From: an uncultured Gammaproteobacteria bacterium
GTDB lineage: Bacteria > Pseudomonadota > Gammaproteobacteria > Steroidobacterales > Steroidobacteraceae
Direction of reading: 5' to 3'
Length of the DNA stretch: 64,000 nucleotides
Assembly: GCA_963706815.1 (NCBI GenBank)
Contig: CAVPNS010000001.1
Coordinates: 230,802-294,801, forward strand
Numbering within the stretch: position 1 is the first letter of the stretch; each line of letters begins with the position of its first letter. Below, in pieces: positions 46,440-55,482 of this stretch. A program made the position numbers and the translations under genes. The notes beneath the pieces were generated by a model. The model ran no database searches. It saw only the letters and a list, made by a program, of their open reading frames with translations, and was not told the DNA's origin.

Positions 46440-47089
46440 GCGCCCAGGGCCCGCTGAACCGGGCGGATATCTGCGCCGCGCTGCTGCCGGCCCCGCAGCG
46501 GGGCGCCGACGAGTGGTACTGGCTGACCGGCGCCTCGGCGGAGCTGCGGGATCAGGTTCAGGCGGCAATGCCCGAGCGGTCGGTGGACGCCGCCGTGCTG
46601 GTGCCGCTCGTCGAGCGCGAGCAGGGCTTCACGGTGCTGCTGACCCAGAGGTCCGCGGCGCTGAAGGATCACGCCGGGCAGATCAGTTTCCCCGGGGGAC
46701 GCATCGAGGCGGCCGATGAGGGCCCCTGGGAGGCGGCACTGCGCGAGGCCGAGGAGGAGATCGGCCTGCGGCGCGAGTGGATCAGCTTTGCGGGCTTTCT
46801 GCCGGACCATCCGCTGCTGACCGGCTACCGCGTTACGCCCGCCGTCGGCTTCATCGCGCCGCAGTACCGCCTGGCGCTGGACGCCGCCGAGGTGCAGAAC
46901 GCGTTCGAGGTTCCGCTGGATTTCCTGTTCGACGCCGCGAACCACCGCCCGCGCATGCGCACGCTGGGCGGCGTGACGCTGGAGACGACCGAGATGACCT
47001 ACGGCGGGCGCACGATCTGGGGCGCCACGGCCGGCATGCTGCTGACGCTGCGGCGCCGGGTGCGGCAAGGCCGGAAGTGCCCGGCATGA
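46436..47089 (+). CDS. Nudix hydrolase, CoA pyrophosphatase-like
   Basis: The GTG start overlaps the fumC stop (GTGA). The Nudix box is GGRIEAADEGPWEAALREAEEEIGL. The preceding LLTQRSAALKDHAGQISFPGG is typical of the NudL/CoA-pyrophosphatase clade. Confidence 0.78.
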   Translation: MSAQGPLNRADICAALLPAPQRGADEWYWLTGASAELRDQVQAAMPERSVDAAVLVPLVEREQGFTVLLTQRSAALKDHAGQISFPGGRIEAADEGPWEAALREAEEEIGLRREWISFAGFLPDHPLLTGYRVTPAVGFIAPQYRLALDAAEVQNAFEVPLDFLFDAANHRPRMRTLGGVTLETTEMTYGGRTIWGATAGMLLTLRRRVRQGRKCPA

Positions 47090-47886
47090 GCGCGGCGCTC
47101 GGCGAGCTGCTGGCGATCATGGCGCGCCTGCGGGCGCAGGACGGCTGCCCGTGGGATCGCGAGCAGACCTTCGCCACCATCGCTCCGTACACGATCGAGG
47201 AGGCCTACGAGGTCGCCGCCGCCGTCGAAAGCGGCGATATGCAGCACCTGCGCGACGAGCTCGGCGACCTGCTGCTGCAGGTCGTGTTCCACGCCCAGAT
47301 GGCGAGCGAGGCGGGGCAGTTCGATTTCGAGGCGGTTGCGGCCGGCATCAACCGCAAGCTCATTCGCCGCCACCCGCATGTCTTCGGCGCCGCCGGCGCT
47401 GCGCCGCGCTCGGCGCGCGAGCAGATCGGCGTCTGGGAGGACATCAAGGCGCAGGAACGGCGCAGCGTGCCGGCCCTGGCGCCCAGCGCGCTGGACGGCG
47501 TCCCGCAGGCGCTGCCGGCGCTGATGCGCGCGGATAAACTCAGCAAGCGGGCCGCCCTGACCGGTTTTGATTTCGAGCTCGCGGCGCACGCCGCCGACAA
47601 GGTCACCGAGGAGCTGGCCGAAATCCGCGCCGCTGCGGCCGCCAATCCTCAGGCGCGCGCCACGCCCGAGGTATTCGAGGAAGTCGGCGACCTGCTGTTT
47701 GCGGCGGCCAACCTGGCCCGCAAGCTCGAGGTCGATCCGGAAGCCGCGCTGCGCGCCGCCAACGCCAAGTTCGAGCGGCGCTTCCGCGCCATGGAGTCGC
47801 TGGCCGCGACCGCCGGCACCGGGCTCGAGGGCCTGGATCTCGCTGCGCAGGAGAAGCTCTGGCAGGCGGTCAAGCAGGGCGAGTGA
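47086..47886 (+). CDS. mazG: Nucleoside triphosphate pyrophosphohydrolase MazG
   Basis: The ATG overlaps the upstream stop (ATGA). CPWDREQTFATIAPYTIEEAYEVAAAV, ELGDLLLQVVFHAQMA and a second EEVGDLLF repeat are typical of tandem-domain MazG. Confidence 0.88.
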   Translation: MSAALGELLAIMARLRAQDGCPWDREQTFATIAPYTIEEAYEVAAAVESGDMQHLRDELGDLLLQVVFHAQMASEAGQFDFEAVAAGINRKLIRRHPHVFGAAGAAPRSAREQIGVWEDIKAQERRSVPALAPSALDGVPQALPALMRADKLSKRAALTGFDFELAAHAADKVTEELAEIRAAAAANPQARATPEVFEEVGDLLFAAANLARKLEVDPEAALRAANAKFERRFRAMESLAATAGTGLEGLDLAAQEKLWQAVKQGE

Positions 47887-47928
47887 GGCGCGCAGCGCCG
47901 CCGGTACCGGTGACCACGCCGGCGGGCC

Positions 47929-48327
47929 TCACAGCGGGATCGAGAGCTTGTGTGCGCGCAGCGTATCGGTGATCGCGGCTTTGAGTTCCACCGCCCGCAC
48001 CGGCTTGAGCAGGTAGCCGTACGGCCGCGACATGCGGGCCCGCTCGATCGTCGCTTCGTCCGCGTGCGCGGTCACATAGATGACCGGCACGCGGAACAGC
48101 TCCTGGAACAGCTGGGCGGCGGAGATCCCGTCGACCGTTCCGTTGATGTGGATGTCCATCAGCACGACGTCCGGGCAGCGTCCCAGGGCATGGGCAACCG
48201 CCTCTTCAGCCGAAGAGGCGATCGCGAACGCATCGTAGCCGAGCTCGACCAGGGTCTGCTGGATGTCGAGCGCAATGATGCTCTCGTCCTCGACGACCAG
48301 GACCGACGGCATCTGCCCGGCGTTCAT
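47929..48327 (-). CDS. Single-domain CheY-like response regulator
   Basis: 132-aa ORF. The receiver motifs are VLVVEDE, VLMDIHI and YLLKP. Its start overlaps the upstream kinase stop by 4 nt. Confidence 0.9.
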   Translation of the reverse strand: MNAGQMPSVLVVEDESIIALDIQQTLVELGYDAFAIASSAEEAVAHALGRCPDVVLMDIHINGTVDGISAAQLFQELFRVPVIYVTAHADEATIERARMSRPYGYLLKPVRAVELKAAITDTLRAHKLSIPL

Positions 48328-49760
48328 GCGGCCGCCGCCAGCGGGATCGTCAGGCGGAACGAGGTGCCGCCCTCGGTGCCGATCTGTAGGTCCGCGTCCA
48401 CCTGGCGCGCGAGCATGCGCACGAGCTGCAGCCCGAGCGAGCCCGGGGTCTTCAGGTCAAGGCCCTTCGGCAGCCCGACGCCGTCGTCGCTGACCAGCAG
48501 CATCAGGCGGTCCCGGCGCACCATGCCGAGTTCGACCCTGATCGTGCCGGTCCGTTCGCCGGGGAAGGCGTGCTTGAGCGCATTCGTGATCAGCTCGTTC
48601 AGGATCAGGCCGCACGGTATGGCCTTGTCCACCGGCAGCGCAAGGTCCTCGATGGCCAGCTGCAGCGAGACGGACTGCGGCGAGACGCCGGCTGCTTGAA
48701 ACACGTTTGCCGCCAGGCTCTTCGTGTACTCCGAGAACGGCACGCGCGCATAGTCCTTCGACTGGTACAGCTGCTGGTGGATCAGCGCGATCGCCTGCAC
48801 GCGCGTCTGGCACTCCTTGAGCGCATGACGGCTCGCGTCCTCGCCGACCCGGCGCAGCTGCAGGTTGATCAGGCTCGAGATCACCTGCAGGTTGTTCTTG
48901 ACGCGGTGATGGACTTCCTGCAACAGCACCTCGCGCTCCGTGAGGGTCGCGGTCAGCTCCCGTGTGCGCGTCTGGACGCGCACCTCGAGCTGGCCCAGCA
49001 GTTCCTCGCGCTCCTCCTCGGCGCGCTTGCGTTCCGTGATGTCGACGACGGAGCTGAGCACGAAATCGCCATCCGGGCTCTCCAGCGGGTTCAGTCCAAT
49101 CTCGATCGGAACCTCCGCCCCGTCCTTGCGCAGCCCGAACAGGTCGCGCCCCGCGCCCATCGGCCGCGAGCGCGGGTCATTGAAGAAATCCCGTCGATAC
49201 ACCGGGTGCTGCCTGCGAAAGCGCTCCGGCACCAGCATCTCGATGCCCTGGCCGATCAGCTCCTCGCGGCAGTAGCCGAACAATTTCTCGATTTGCGCGT
49301 TGACGAGCACGATACGCCCCTGCCGGTCCACCATGATCATCCCGGTCGGCGCCGCCTCGATCGCGAGGCGGAACTGTTCCTTTGCGCGGTACTGCTCGGT
49401 CATGTCGCGGGTCACCTTGCCGAACGCGACCAGGCTGCCGTCCGGATCGCGCACCGCGGAGATGACCACGTGCGCCCAGAACTGCGTACCGTCCTTGCGC
49501 AGGCGCCAGGATTCCCCCTCATAGCGCCCCTCGGCCTGCGCAATCTGCAGCTCGTACCGGTCGATCCCGGCGGCAATGTCCTCGGGGCGGAACAGGGCCG
49601 TGAAGCTGCCGCCGATGATCTCGTCGGCCGCGTAGCCGTACAGGAACTGCGCACCGGAGTTCCACGCGGACACCCGGCCGTCGAGATCCAGCATGATGAT
49701 CGCGAAATCCCTGATCCCGTCCAGCAGCTGCCGCAGGCGCTCGTCCCTAACTTCGGACAT
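48324..49760 (-). CDS. PAS-PAS sensor histidine kinase with a HisKA_2-type phospho-acceptor
   Basis: It has two PAS segments. The H-box LLQEVHHRVKNNLQVISSLINLQ is of the HisKA_2/HWE type. The HATPase_c motifs are NELITNALKHAF and DDGVGLP. I prefer the ATG at 49760 (MSEVRDE) with GGAGG 4 nt upstream. It overlaps the upstream gene end by 14 nt. Confidence 0.87.
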   Translation of the reverse strand: MSEVRDERLRQLLDGIRDFAIIMLDLDGRVSAWNSGAQFLYGYAADEIIGGSFTALFRPEDIAAGIDRYELQIAQAEGRYEGESWRLRKDGTQFWAHVVISAVRDPDGSLVAFGKVTRDMTEQYRAKEQFRLAIEAAPTGMIMVDRQGRIVLVNAQIEKLFGYCREELIGQGIEMLVPERFRRQHPVYRRDFFNDPRSRPMGAGRDLFGLRKDGAEVPIEIGLNPLESPDGDFVLSSVVDITERKRAEEEREELLGQLEVRVQTRTRELTATLTEREVLLQEVHHRVKNNLQVISSLINLQLRRVGEDASRHALKECQTRVQAIALIHQQLYQSKDYARVPFSEYTKSLAANVFQAAGVSPQSVSLQLAIEDLALPVDKAIPCGLILNELITNALKHAFPGERTGTIRVELGMVRRDRLMLLVSDDGVGLPKGLDLKTPGSLGLQLVRMLARQVDADLQIGTEGGTSFRLTIPLAAAA

Positions 49761-51696
49761 AGGCCTCCAGCTTGCTGTGGGTACGTACGGCATCGTCGTA
49801 GCTGAAGCTGGCGCCGGTCTCAAGCAGGCGCCGCATCAGGCCGGCGAATTCCGGCGCCGGCAGCGGGCGGCTGAAGTAATAGCCCTGGTACGCGTCGCAG
49901 CCCATGTTCTTCAGGATCTCGAGCTGCGCCTCGGTCTCGACGCCTTCGGCCACCACGCGCAGGCGCAGGCTGTGTGCCAGCGAGATGATCGCGCGCACGA
50001 TCGACGCATCCTCGGCCCGCGTGGTGAGCTCGCTGACGAATACCCGGTCGATCTTCAGCTTGTCGATCGGGAAGCGGCGCAGGTAGGTCATGCCCGAGTA
50101 GCAGGTGCCGAAGTCATCGAGCGCGATCAGCACGCCCATCTCGCTGAGCTTCTCGAGCACGGCCACGGATTCCTCCGGGTCGTTCAGCATCGCGCCTTCC
50201 GTGAGTTCGATCTCGAGAAATCGCGCCTCGAGACCGGCTTCATCCAGGGCCCGGCGCACCGTCTCGACCAGCATTCCGTGCCGGACCTGCGCCGCGGCGA
50301 CATTGACGGCGATGCGCACGGAGGCCGGACCCGCGACCTGCCACGCACGCGCCTGCCGGCAGGCCTCACGGATGACCCATTCGCCGATGGCGCCGATCAG
50401 GCCGCATTCCTCGGCAAGCGGAATGAAGTCGTTCGGCGCAACGAGCCCGCGTTCCGGGTGGCGCCAGCGGATCAGGGCCTCCGCGCTGCGCACGGTTCCG
50501 GTGGCCGTGTCCACCTTGGGCTGGTAATGCAGCTCGAACTGGTTCAGCGCAAGGGCCTGGCGCAGGTCGCTTTCCAGGCGGACCTTGTTCGCGGTCGGCG
50601 CCTTCATGCCGGGCGCGAAGAACTCGATCGTGCCCCGGCCGCGCTGCTTGGCCACGTGCATCGCGGTGTCCGCGTTCGCGATCAGGGTTTCCGTGGTGGC
50701 GCCGTCCGCGGGGTACAGCGCGATGCCGATGCTGGGGGAAGTGTGCACGCTGAATCCTGCGATTGAAACCGGCACGCTCAGCGCCTCGAGCACGCGCCGA
50801 CCCACGTCGTCGGCGTCATTGCGGGTCGCGATGCAGTTCAGCAGCATCATGAACTTGTCGCCGCTGAAGCGGGCGACGGTATCGAAGCGCCGGCTCAGCG
50901 CGTTCAGGCGGCGAGCAACCTCCTGCAGCAGCTCGTTGCCCGACCGCAGCCCGAGGGAATCATTCACCCGCCGGAAGCCGTCGAGGTCGCACACCAGCAG
51001 CGCAAAGAACTTGCCGTCGCGCTCGGCGTGCGCGACGGCCTGTCTCAGGCGATCTTCGAGCAGCAGGTGATTCGGCAGGTCGGTCAGCGGGTCATGGGTT
51101 GCCGCATGGTGCAGCTGGCTCGCGGCGGCCTCCAGGCCGCGGGTGCGGTTCGTGACGACCTGCTCGAGACATTCCATCTGGTCACGCAGCGTGCGCTCGT
51201 TCTGCCACTTGCGCGCCAGCGCCGTCACGCACTGCAGGATCTCGATCGGTTCGGCAGGCTTGCGCAGCACCAGCAGCTTGTCGGTATGACCGAGCCGGTT
51301 GACGACGTCCATCCAGTCGTAATCGCTGTGCGCCGAGAAGATCACGACCTGTACGTGGGGATCCGCCGCCCACAGATGCTCAATGGTCTCCAGGCCATCC
51401 CAGCCGGGCGGCATGCGCATGTCGACGAAGGCCATCGCGTAGGGGCGCCCGTCGGCGCTCGCCTTGCGGGCCATCTCGACGCCTTCGCGCCCCTGGTAGG
51501 CGGAATCGATCTCGAAATGCAGCCGGAATATCGCGGCCCGCGCTTCGCCAAATACGCTCGTCTCCAGCGTCTCGAGCACCGCGTGCGCTTCGCTCCGGGG
51601 ATTGAGGCCGAGCACCTTGCGAAAATCCTGGTGAATCGAGCTGTTATCGTCGATGATGAGGACGCGCCGGTTCGCGATGGCGCCGGAGTCAGGCAC
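49747..51696 (-). CDS. Response regulator receiver - degenerate GGDEF - EAL protein
   Basis: The GTG at 51696 sits in the junction GTGCCTGA, which overlaps the upstream kinase stop by 8 nt. The receiver domain has RRVLIIDDN and FVDMRMPPGWDG. The GGDEF position reads ARFSGDKFMML, which is degenerate. The EAL domain has EIELTEG, DDFGTCYSG and the C-terminal QGYYFSRP. Confidence 0.87.
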   Translation of the reverse strand: MPDSGAIANRRVLIIDDNSSIHQDFRKVLGLNPRSEAHAVLETLETSVFGEARAAIFRLHFEIDSAYQGREGVEMARKASADGRPYAMAFVDMRMPPGWDGLETIEHLWAADPHVQVVIFSAHSDYDWMDVVNRLGHTDKLLVLRKPAEPIEILQCVTALARKWQNERTLRDQMECLEQVVTNRTRGLEAAASQLHHAATHDPLTDLPNHLLLEDRLRQAVAHAERDGKFFALLVCDLDGFRRVNDSLGLRSGNELLQEVARRLNALSRRFDTVARFSGDKFMMLLNCIATRNDADDVGRRVLEALSVPVSIAGFSVHTSPSIGIALYPADGATTETLIANADTAMHVAKQRGRGTIEFFAPGMKAPTANKVRLESDLRQALALNQFELHYQPKVDTATGTVRSAEALIRWRHPERGLVAPNDFIPLAEECGLIGAIGEWVIREACRQARAWQVAGPASVRIAVNVAAAQVRHGMLVETVRRALDEAGLEARFLEIELTEGAMLNDPEESVAVLEKLSEMGVLIALDDFGTCYSGMTYLRRFPIDKLKIDRVFVSELTTRAEDASIVRAIISLAHSLRLRVVAEGVETEAQLEILKNMGCDAYQGYYFSRPLPAPEFAGLMRRLLETGASFSYDDAVRTHSKLEAYVRS

Positions 51697-53773
51697 TGGC
51701 GCCGTCCCCCGGCGAATAAGGCAGCTCGAGCGTGAAGGTGGCGCCGCAGGCAGGGCCGTCGCTCGCCGCCAGCAGCGAGCCGCCGAGATCCTGGGCCGCG
51801 AGCGCGCTGCTGTGCAGGCCAAAGCCATGGCCGTTCTTGCGCGTCGTGAAGCCGTGATTGAAGATCCGGGTCAGGTTGCCGACGGGAATTCCGACGCCGT
51901 TGTCGATGACCGAGATCTGCAGCCGGTCCTCGCTGCGCGCGACACGCACGGTCACCAGCTTGTCCGGCCGGTCCGACTCGTCGCAGGCGTGCTCGGCATT
52001 GCTGATCAGGTTGACGAGGATCTGCAGCACCTTGTTCCTGTCGACCGTGATCGCGGGCACCGGACTGAATTCGCGCCGCAGGGTCATGCCGCGTCGGGCG
52101 AAGTGGTCATAGTTCAGGCGCAGGCTGTCCTCGACCAGGTCGACCGCGTCGACGGGTTCGGCAACGCCGCCGAGCCTGGCGTAGCTCTGCTGCATCGTCA
52201 CGATGTCCTTGATGTGCTCGAGATTGGCGCGCAGCGCGGTCAGCTCCTGCAGCATGGTCGACTGCTCGGCCAGCAGCTGCTCGCCGAGCGATGCCAGGTA
52301 CGCGGCCACGTGCCTGCCGTGTTCGTCGCCGGCAAGGAAGCTTCCGAGCCTGTCGCCCTGCTGCAGCATCAGCGCCGCCACGCGCTGTACGTCGGGCGAT
52401 TTCGACTTGATGACGTTCTCGGTCACGACGCTTGCCGAGATGTTGACGCTGTTCAGGACATTGCCCACGTCATGCAGGACGTTGGAGGCGACCTCGGCCA
52501 TGCCTGCCTGGCGCGACGCATCCAGCAGCTGGCGGTGCACGCGCACCAGCTCCTGGTCGGAGGCCTTGCGCTGCGTGATGTCCTGCAGCACCGCGACGGC
52601 GCGGTGTTCCTGTTCGCTCTTGCCCAGCAGGCGCCGCGCGCTGAACAGCACCGTACGGGGCGTGGAGCCGGGGGGCACGACCACGAGCTCGAGGTCGCGG
52701 ATCGTTTCGCCGGATAGCGCGCGCGCGAGCGGCCGGTCCGCAGGCTTGATCGGCGTGATGCCGTCGGCGAGATAGATGTCGGCGGTCTGCCGGCCGCGTT
52801 CCGGCGAGATGGATTCGGGGCGCCCCGCCGCCGGAATGCTCAGCAGCTCCGCTGCGGCGTGGTTGAAGTGCGTGATGTGTCCCGCCGCATCGCAGGCGAG
52901 CAGCGCGACCGGCAGTTCGGCGATGACGGCCTCGAGCAGCGCCTTGTTCTGCTGGAGCGCCGCCGCGATGTCGACGCGCGCGGCAATGTCGCGGACGAAG
53001 CCCACCGAGCGCACCGGCGCGCCGTTGCCTTCCTGCAGCAGCGAGGTCGTCATGCGCACCCAGCGAGGCGCTCCGCCCTTGCGCAGGAACCGGGTCTCGA
53101 TGTCCAGGATCCGGATCTCGCCGCTCCAGAGCCGCTCGAGCTCGGCGCGGCTGAAGGCGAGGTCTTCGCGGTACGTGATGTCGTGAAGCGTCCTGCCCTC
53201 GAGATCCCCTGGTGCAAAACCCAGCAGCCGGCAGAACGCGGGATTGAAGCGCACGAATCCGCCGTCGCGGCCGGCGTAGACGATGCCGACCGCCGCCTGT
53301 TCGAAGGTGCTCCGGTACAGCGACTCCATCCTGCCAAGGCTGTCGCGCGTGGTCGTGATGTCGGTGATGTCGGTGATGGTGCCGACGAATCCGGGCACGC
53401 CGCGGGTCGCGAGCACCTGCTCGGACAGATAGCGCACGCCATGGATGCGATGCCGGATCCGGTACTCCCACTGCACCGGCCTCGGCTCCCTGCAGAAGTC
53501 GGCCCACGCATCGAGCATGCGCGCCTGATCATCCGGGTGGATGCCGCTTAGCCAGTCATTGGCGTTCTGCCCGGGTGCCAGGCCGAACATCTCGCGAAAT
53601 GCGCCGTTGACATACGCCGACGCGTCGGGCGGATCGCGTCCATCGGTATAATAAATCGCGACGGGAGAGCTTTCGATCAGTGCCCGCATCAGCGCGGCGT
53701 CATTGGGAACCCGTGCCGGACCCGATGGTTCAGCGGCGCAAACCGCTTTCTGCCGTGGCGTTCGAAAACCCAC
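51689..53773 (-). CDS. Multi-PAS sensor histidine kinase
   Basis: 694-aa ORF with a GTG start. It has several PAS segments. The H-box is ASNVLHDVGNVLNSV. ATPase motifs are DNGVGIP and GHGFGLHS. It is a paralog of 1458..3911 but lacks the GAF-like N-terminus. Confidence 0.88.
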   Translation of the reverse strand: MGFRTPRQKAVCAAEPSGPARVPNDAALMRALIESSPVAIYYTDGRDPPDASAYVNGAFREMFGLAPGQNANDWLSGIHPDDQARMLDAWADFCREPRPVQWEYRIRHRIHGVRYLSEQVLATRGVPGFVGTITDITDITTTRDSLGRMESLYRSTFEQAAVGIVYAGRDGGFVRFNPAFCRLLGFAPGDLEGRTLHDITYREDLAFSRAELERLWSGEIRILDIETRFLRKGGAPRWVRMTTSLLQEGNGAPVRSVGFVRDIAARVDIAAALQQNKALLEAVIAELPVALLACDAAGHITHFNHAAAELLSIPAAGRPESISPERGRQTADIYLADGITPIKPADRPLARALSGETIRDLELVVVPPGSTPRTVLFSARRLLGKSEQEHRAVAVLQDITQRKASDQELVRVHRQLLDASRQAGMAEVASNVLHDVGNVLNSVNISASVVTENVIKSKSPDVQRVAALMLQQGDRLGSFLAGDEHGRHVAAYLASLGEQLLAEQSTMLQELTALRANLEHIKDIVTMQQSYARLGGVAEPVDAVDLVEDSLRLNYDHFARRGMTLRREFSPVPAITVDRNKVLQILVNLISNAEHACDESDRPDKLVTVRVARSEDRLQISVIDNGVGIPVGNLTRIFNHGFTTRKNGHGFGLHSSALAAQDLGGSLLAASDGPACGATFTLELPYSPGDGASA

Positions 53774-53830
53774 TGGAGCCGCACCTCTCGATCTTCGCAG
53801 ATCCTAACACGCGCACCGGCGTGCATCGCG

Positions 53831-53886
53831 TTGTGCGGCCGCACAAGGGCATTAATTTTTTTATTTATTTTTTATTAAAAAATTAT
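53831..53886. other. 16-nt perfect palindrome followed by a 36-nt tract with no G or C
   Basis: The palindrome TTGTGCGGCCGCACAA lies at 53831-53846. The tract ATTAATTTTTTTATTTATTTTTTATTAAAAAATTAT lies at 53851-53886. Both sit between the amaB-like stop and the kinase start. Confidence 0.6.
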
Positions 53887-55433
53887 CACACGTTGAAGCG
53901 GATCCCCTGCGCAAGCGGAAGCTCCGCGCTCCAGTTGATCGTCGTGGTCTGGCGCCGCATGTAGGCTTTCCAGCTGTCGGAACCCGCTTCGCGTCCGCCG
54001 CCGGTATCCTTCTCGCCCCCGAACGCGCCGCCGATCTCGGCGCCGGACGTGCCGAGGTTGACGTTTGCAATGCCGCAGTCGCTGCCGTCGGCCGACAGGA
54101 AACGCTCGGCGGCCTGCAGGCGGTCGGTGAAGATCGCGGACGACAGTCCGTAGGGCACGGCATTTTGCAGAGCGATCGCTTCGTCTGCATTATGGTAAGT
54201 GACCAGATACAGGATCGGCGCAAAGGTCTCGGTCTGGACCACCGCCATGTCCGCATGCGCGCGGATGATCGCCGGCTCGACGAAATTGCCGGCCTGCGGC
54301 AGGATGCGTCCCCCGCACAGGAGCACTCCGCCCTGCGCCTGCGCCGCGGCGATCGTCTCCGAATACCGGGCAACGGCGCCGGCGTCGATCAGCGGACCCA
54401 TCAGCGTCGTCGCGTCCAGCGGATCACCGATCCGCACCTGCGAGTACGCGGCGACCAGTCGCCGCTCGAGCTCGGCCGCGCGCGACTCGTGCACGAATAC
54501 GCGCCGCGTCGTCGTGCAGCGCTGGCCGGCGGTACCGATCGCGCCGAACACCAGCGCCGGCACGGCCAGGTCGAGATTCGCACTGGCGTCGACGATGATC
54601 GCGTTGTTGCCGCCGAGTTCGAGCAGGCTCTTGCCCAGGCGTCCCGCGACGCGCACGGCGATCTGCCGCCCGACATGCGTCGATCCGGTGAATGACAGCA
54701 GCGCGACGCGCCGGTCATCGACGAAGTGCGCCGCGATTTCCGTGCCCGCATCGATGAACAGCTGGAAGATCGGCGGCAGCGACTCCCTCTCCAGCACCCG
54801 ATTGCAGATGCGCTGCACGGCAAGCGCGCACAGCGAGGTCTTCGGCGAGGGCTTCCACACGGTCGCGTTGCCGCAGATCGCGGACAGGAATGCATTCCAG
54901 GACCAGACCGCGACGGGGAAATTGAACGCCGAGATCACGCCGACCACGCCGAGCGGATGCCATTGCTCGTACATGCGGTGCTGGTTGCGTTCCGAGTGCA
55001 TCGTCAGGCCGTAGAGCATGCGCGACTGGCCCACCGCAAAGTCGGCGATGTCGATCATCTCCTGCACTTCGCCGTCGCCCTCGGCCTTGATCTTGCCGTT
55101 CTCCAGCGACACGAGGCTGCCGAGCGCATCCTTGAACAGGCGCAGCTCCGCGCCGACCAGGCGCACCGCTTCGCCGCGTTTCGGCGCCGGCACGCGGCGC
55201 CACAGCGCCGCCGCCGCCACGGCATCCGCCATGACGCGCTCGTAATCCTGCAGCGTCGCGCCGCGGACCTGCGCGAGCCGCCGGCCGGAGGAGGGGTTCA
55301 CCGATTCGATCAGGCGTCCGCCCTCGTCATGGCTCCAGCCGCCGCTGCCGCACCAGGTGCCGCTGTTGATCGGGCCCAACCCCAGTGCCTGCAGGGGATC
55401 GGATTTCGTCGTCGTCTGGTTGTGTAGTTTCAT
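53886..55433 (-). CDS. amaB: ALDH7-type aldehyde dehydrogenase (L-piperidine-6-carboxylate / alpha-aminoadipic semialdehyde dehydrogenase)
   Basis: 515-aa intact ORF. The overall ALDH motifs are present. The C-terminus [34 protein letters not shown] is characteristic of the antiquitin (ALDH7) clade. Confidence 0.85.
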   Translation of the reverse strand: MKLHNQTTTKSDPLQALGLGPINSGTWCGSGGWSHDEGGRLIESVNPSSGRRLAQVRGATLQDYERVMADAVAAAALWRRVPAPKRGEAVRLVGAELRLFKDALGSLVSLENGKIKAEGDGEVQEMIDIADFAVGQSRMLYGLTMHSERNQHRMYEQWHPLGVVGVISAFNFPVAVWSWNAFLSAICGNATVWKPSPKTSLCALAVQRICNRVLERESLPPIFQLFIDAGTEIAAHFVDDRRVALLSFTGSTHVGRQIAVRVAGRLGKSLLELGGNNAIIVDASANLDLAVPALVFGAIGTAGQRCTTTRRVFVHESRAAELERRLVAAYSQVRIGDPLDATTLMGPLIDAGAVARYSETIAAAQAQGGVLLCGGRILPQAGNFVEPAIIRAHADMAVVQTETFAPILYLVTYHNADEAIALQNAVPYGLSSAIFTDRLQAAERFLSADGSDCGIANVNLGTSGAEIGGAFGGEKDTGGGREAGSDSWKAYMRRQTTTINWSAELPLAQGIRFNV

Positions 55434-55482
55434 GGCCGGTATTTTGACTCGCGCGCGCGCACAACGCTACCATCCGCGCACT

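Noticed and set aside
47086-47886. MazG as part of a mazEF-type toxin-antitoxin locus.
   Set aside because: No MazE- or MazF-like ORFs are adjacent. The gene is coupled to fumC and a Nudix hydrolase gene, consistent with housekeeping nucleotide-pool sanitation.
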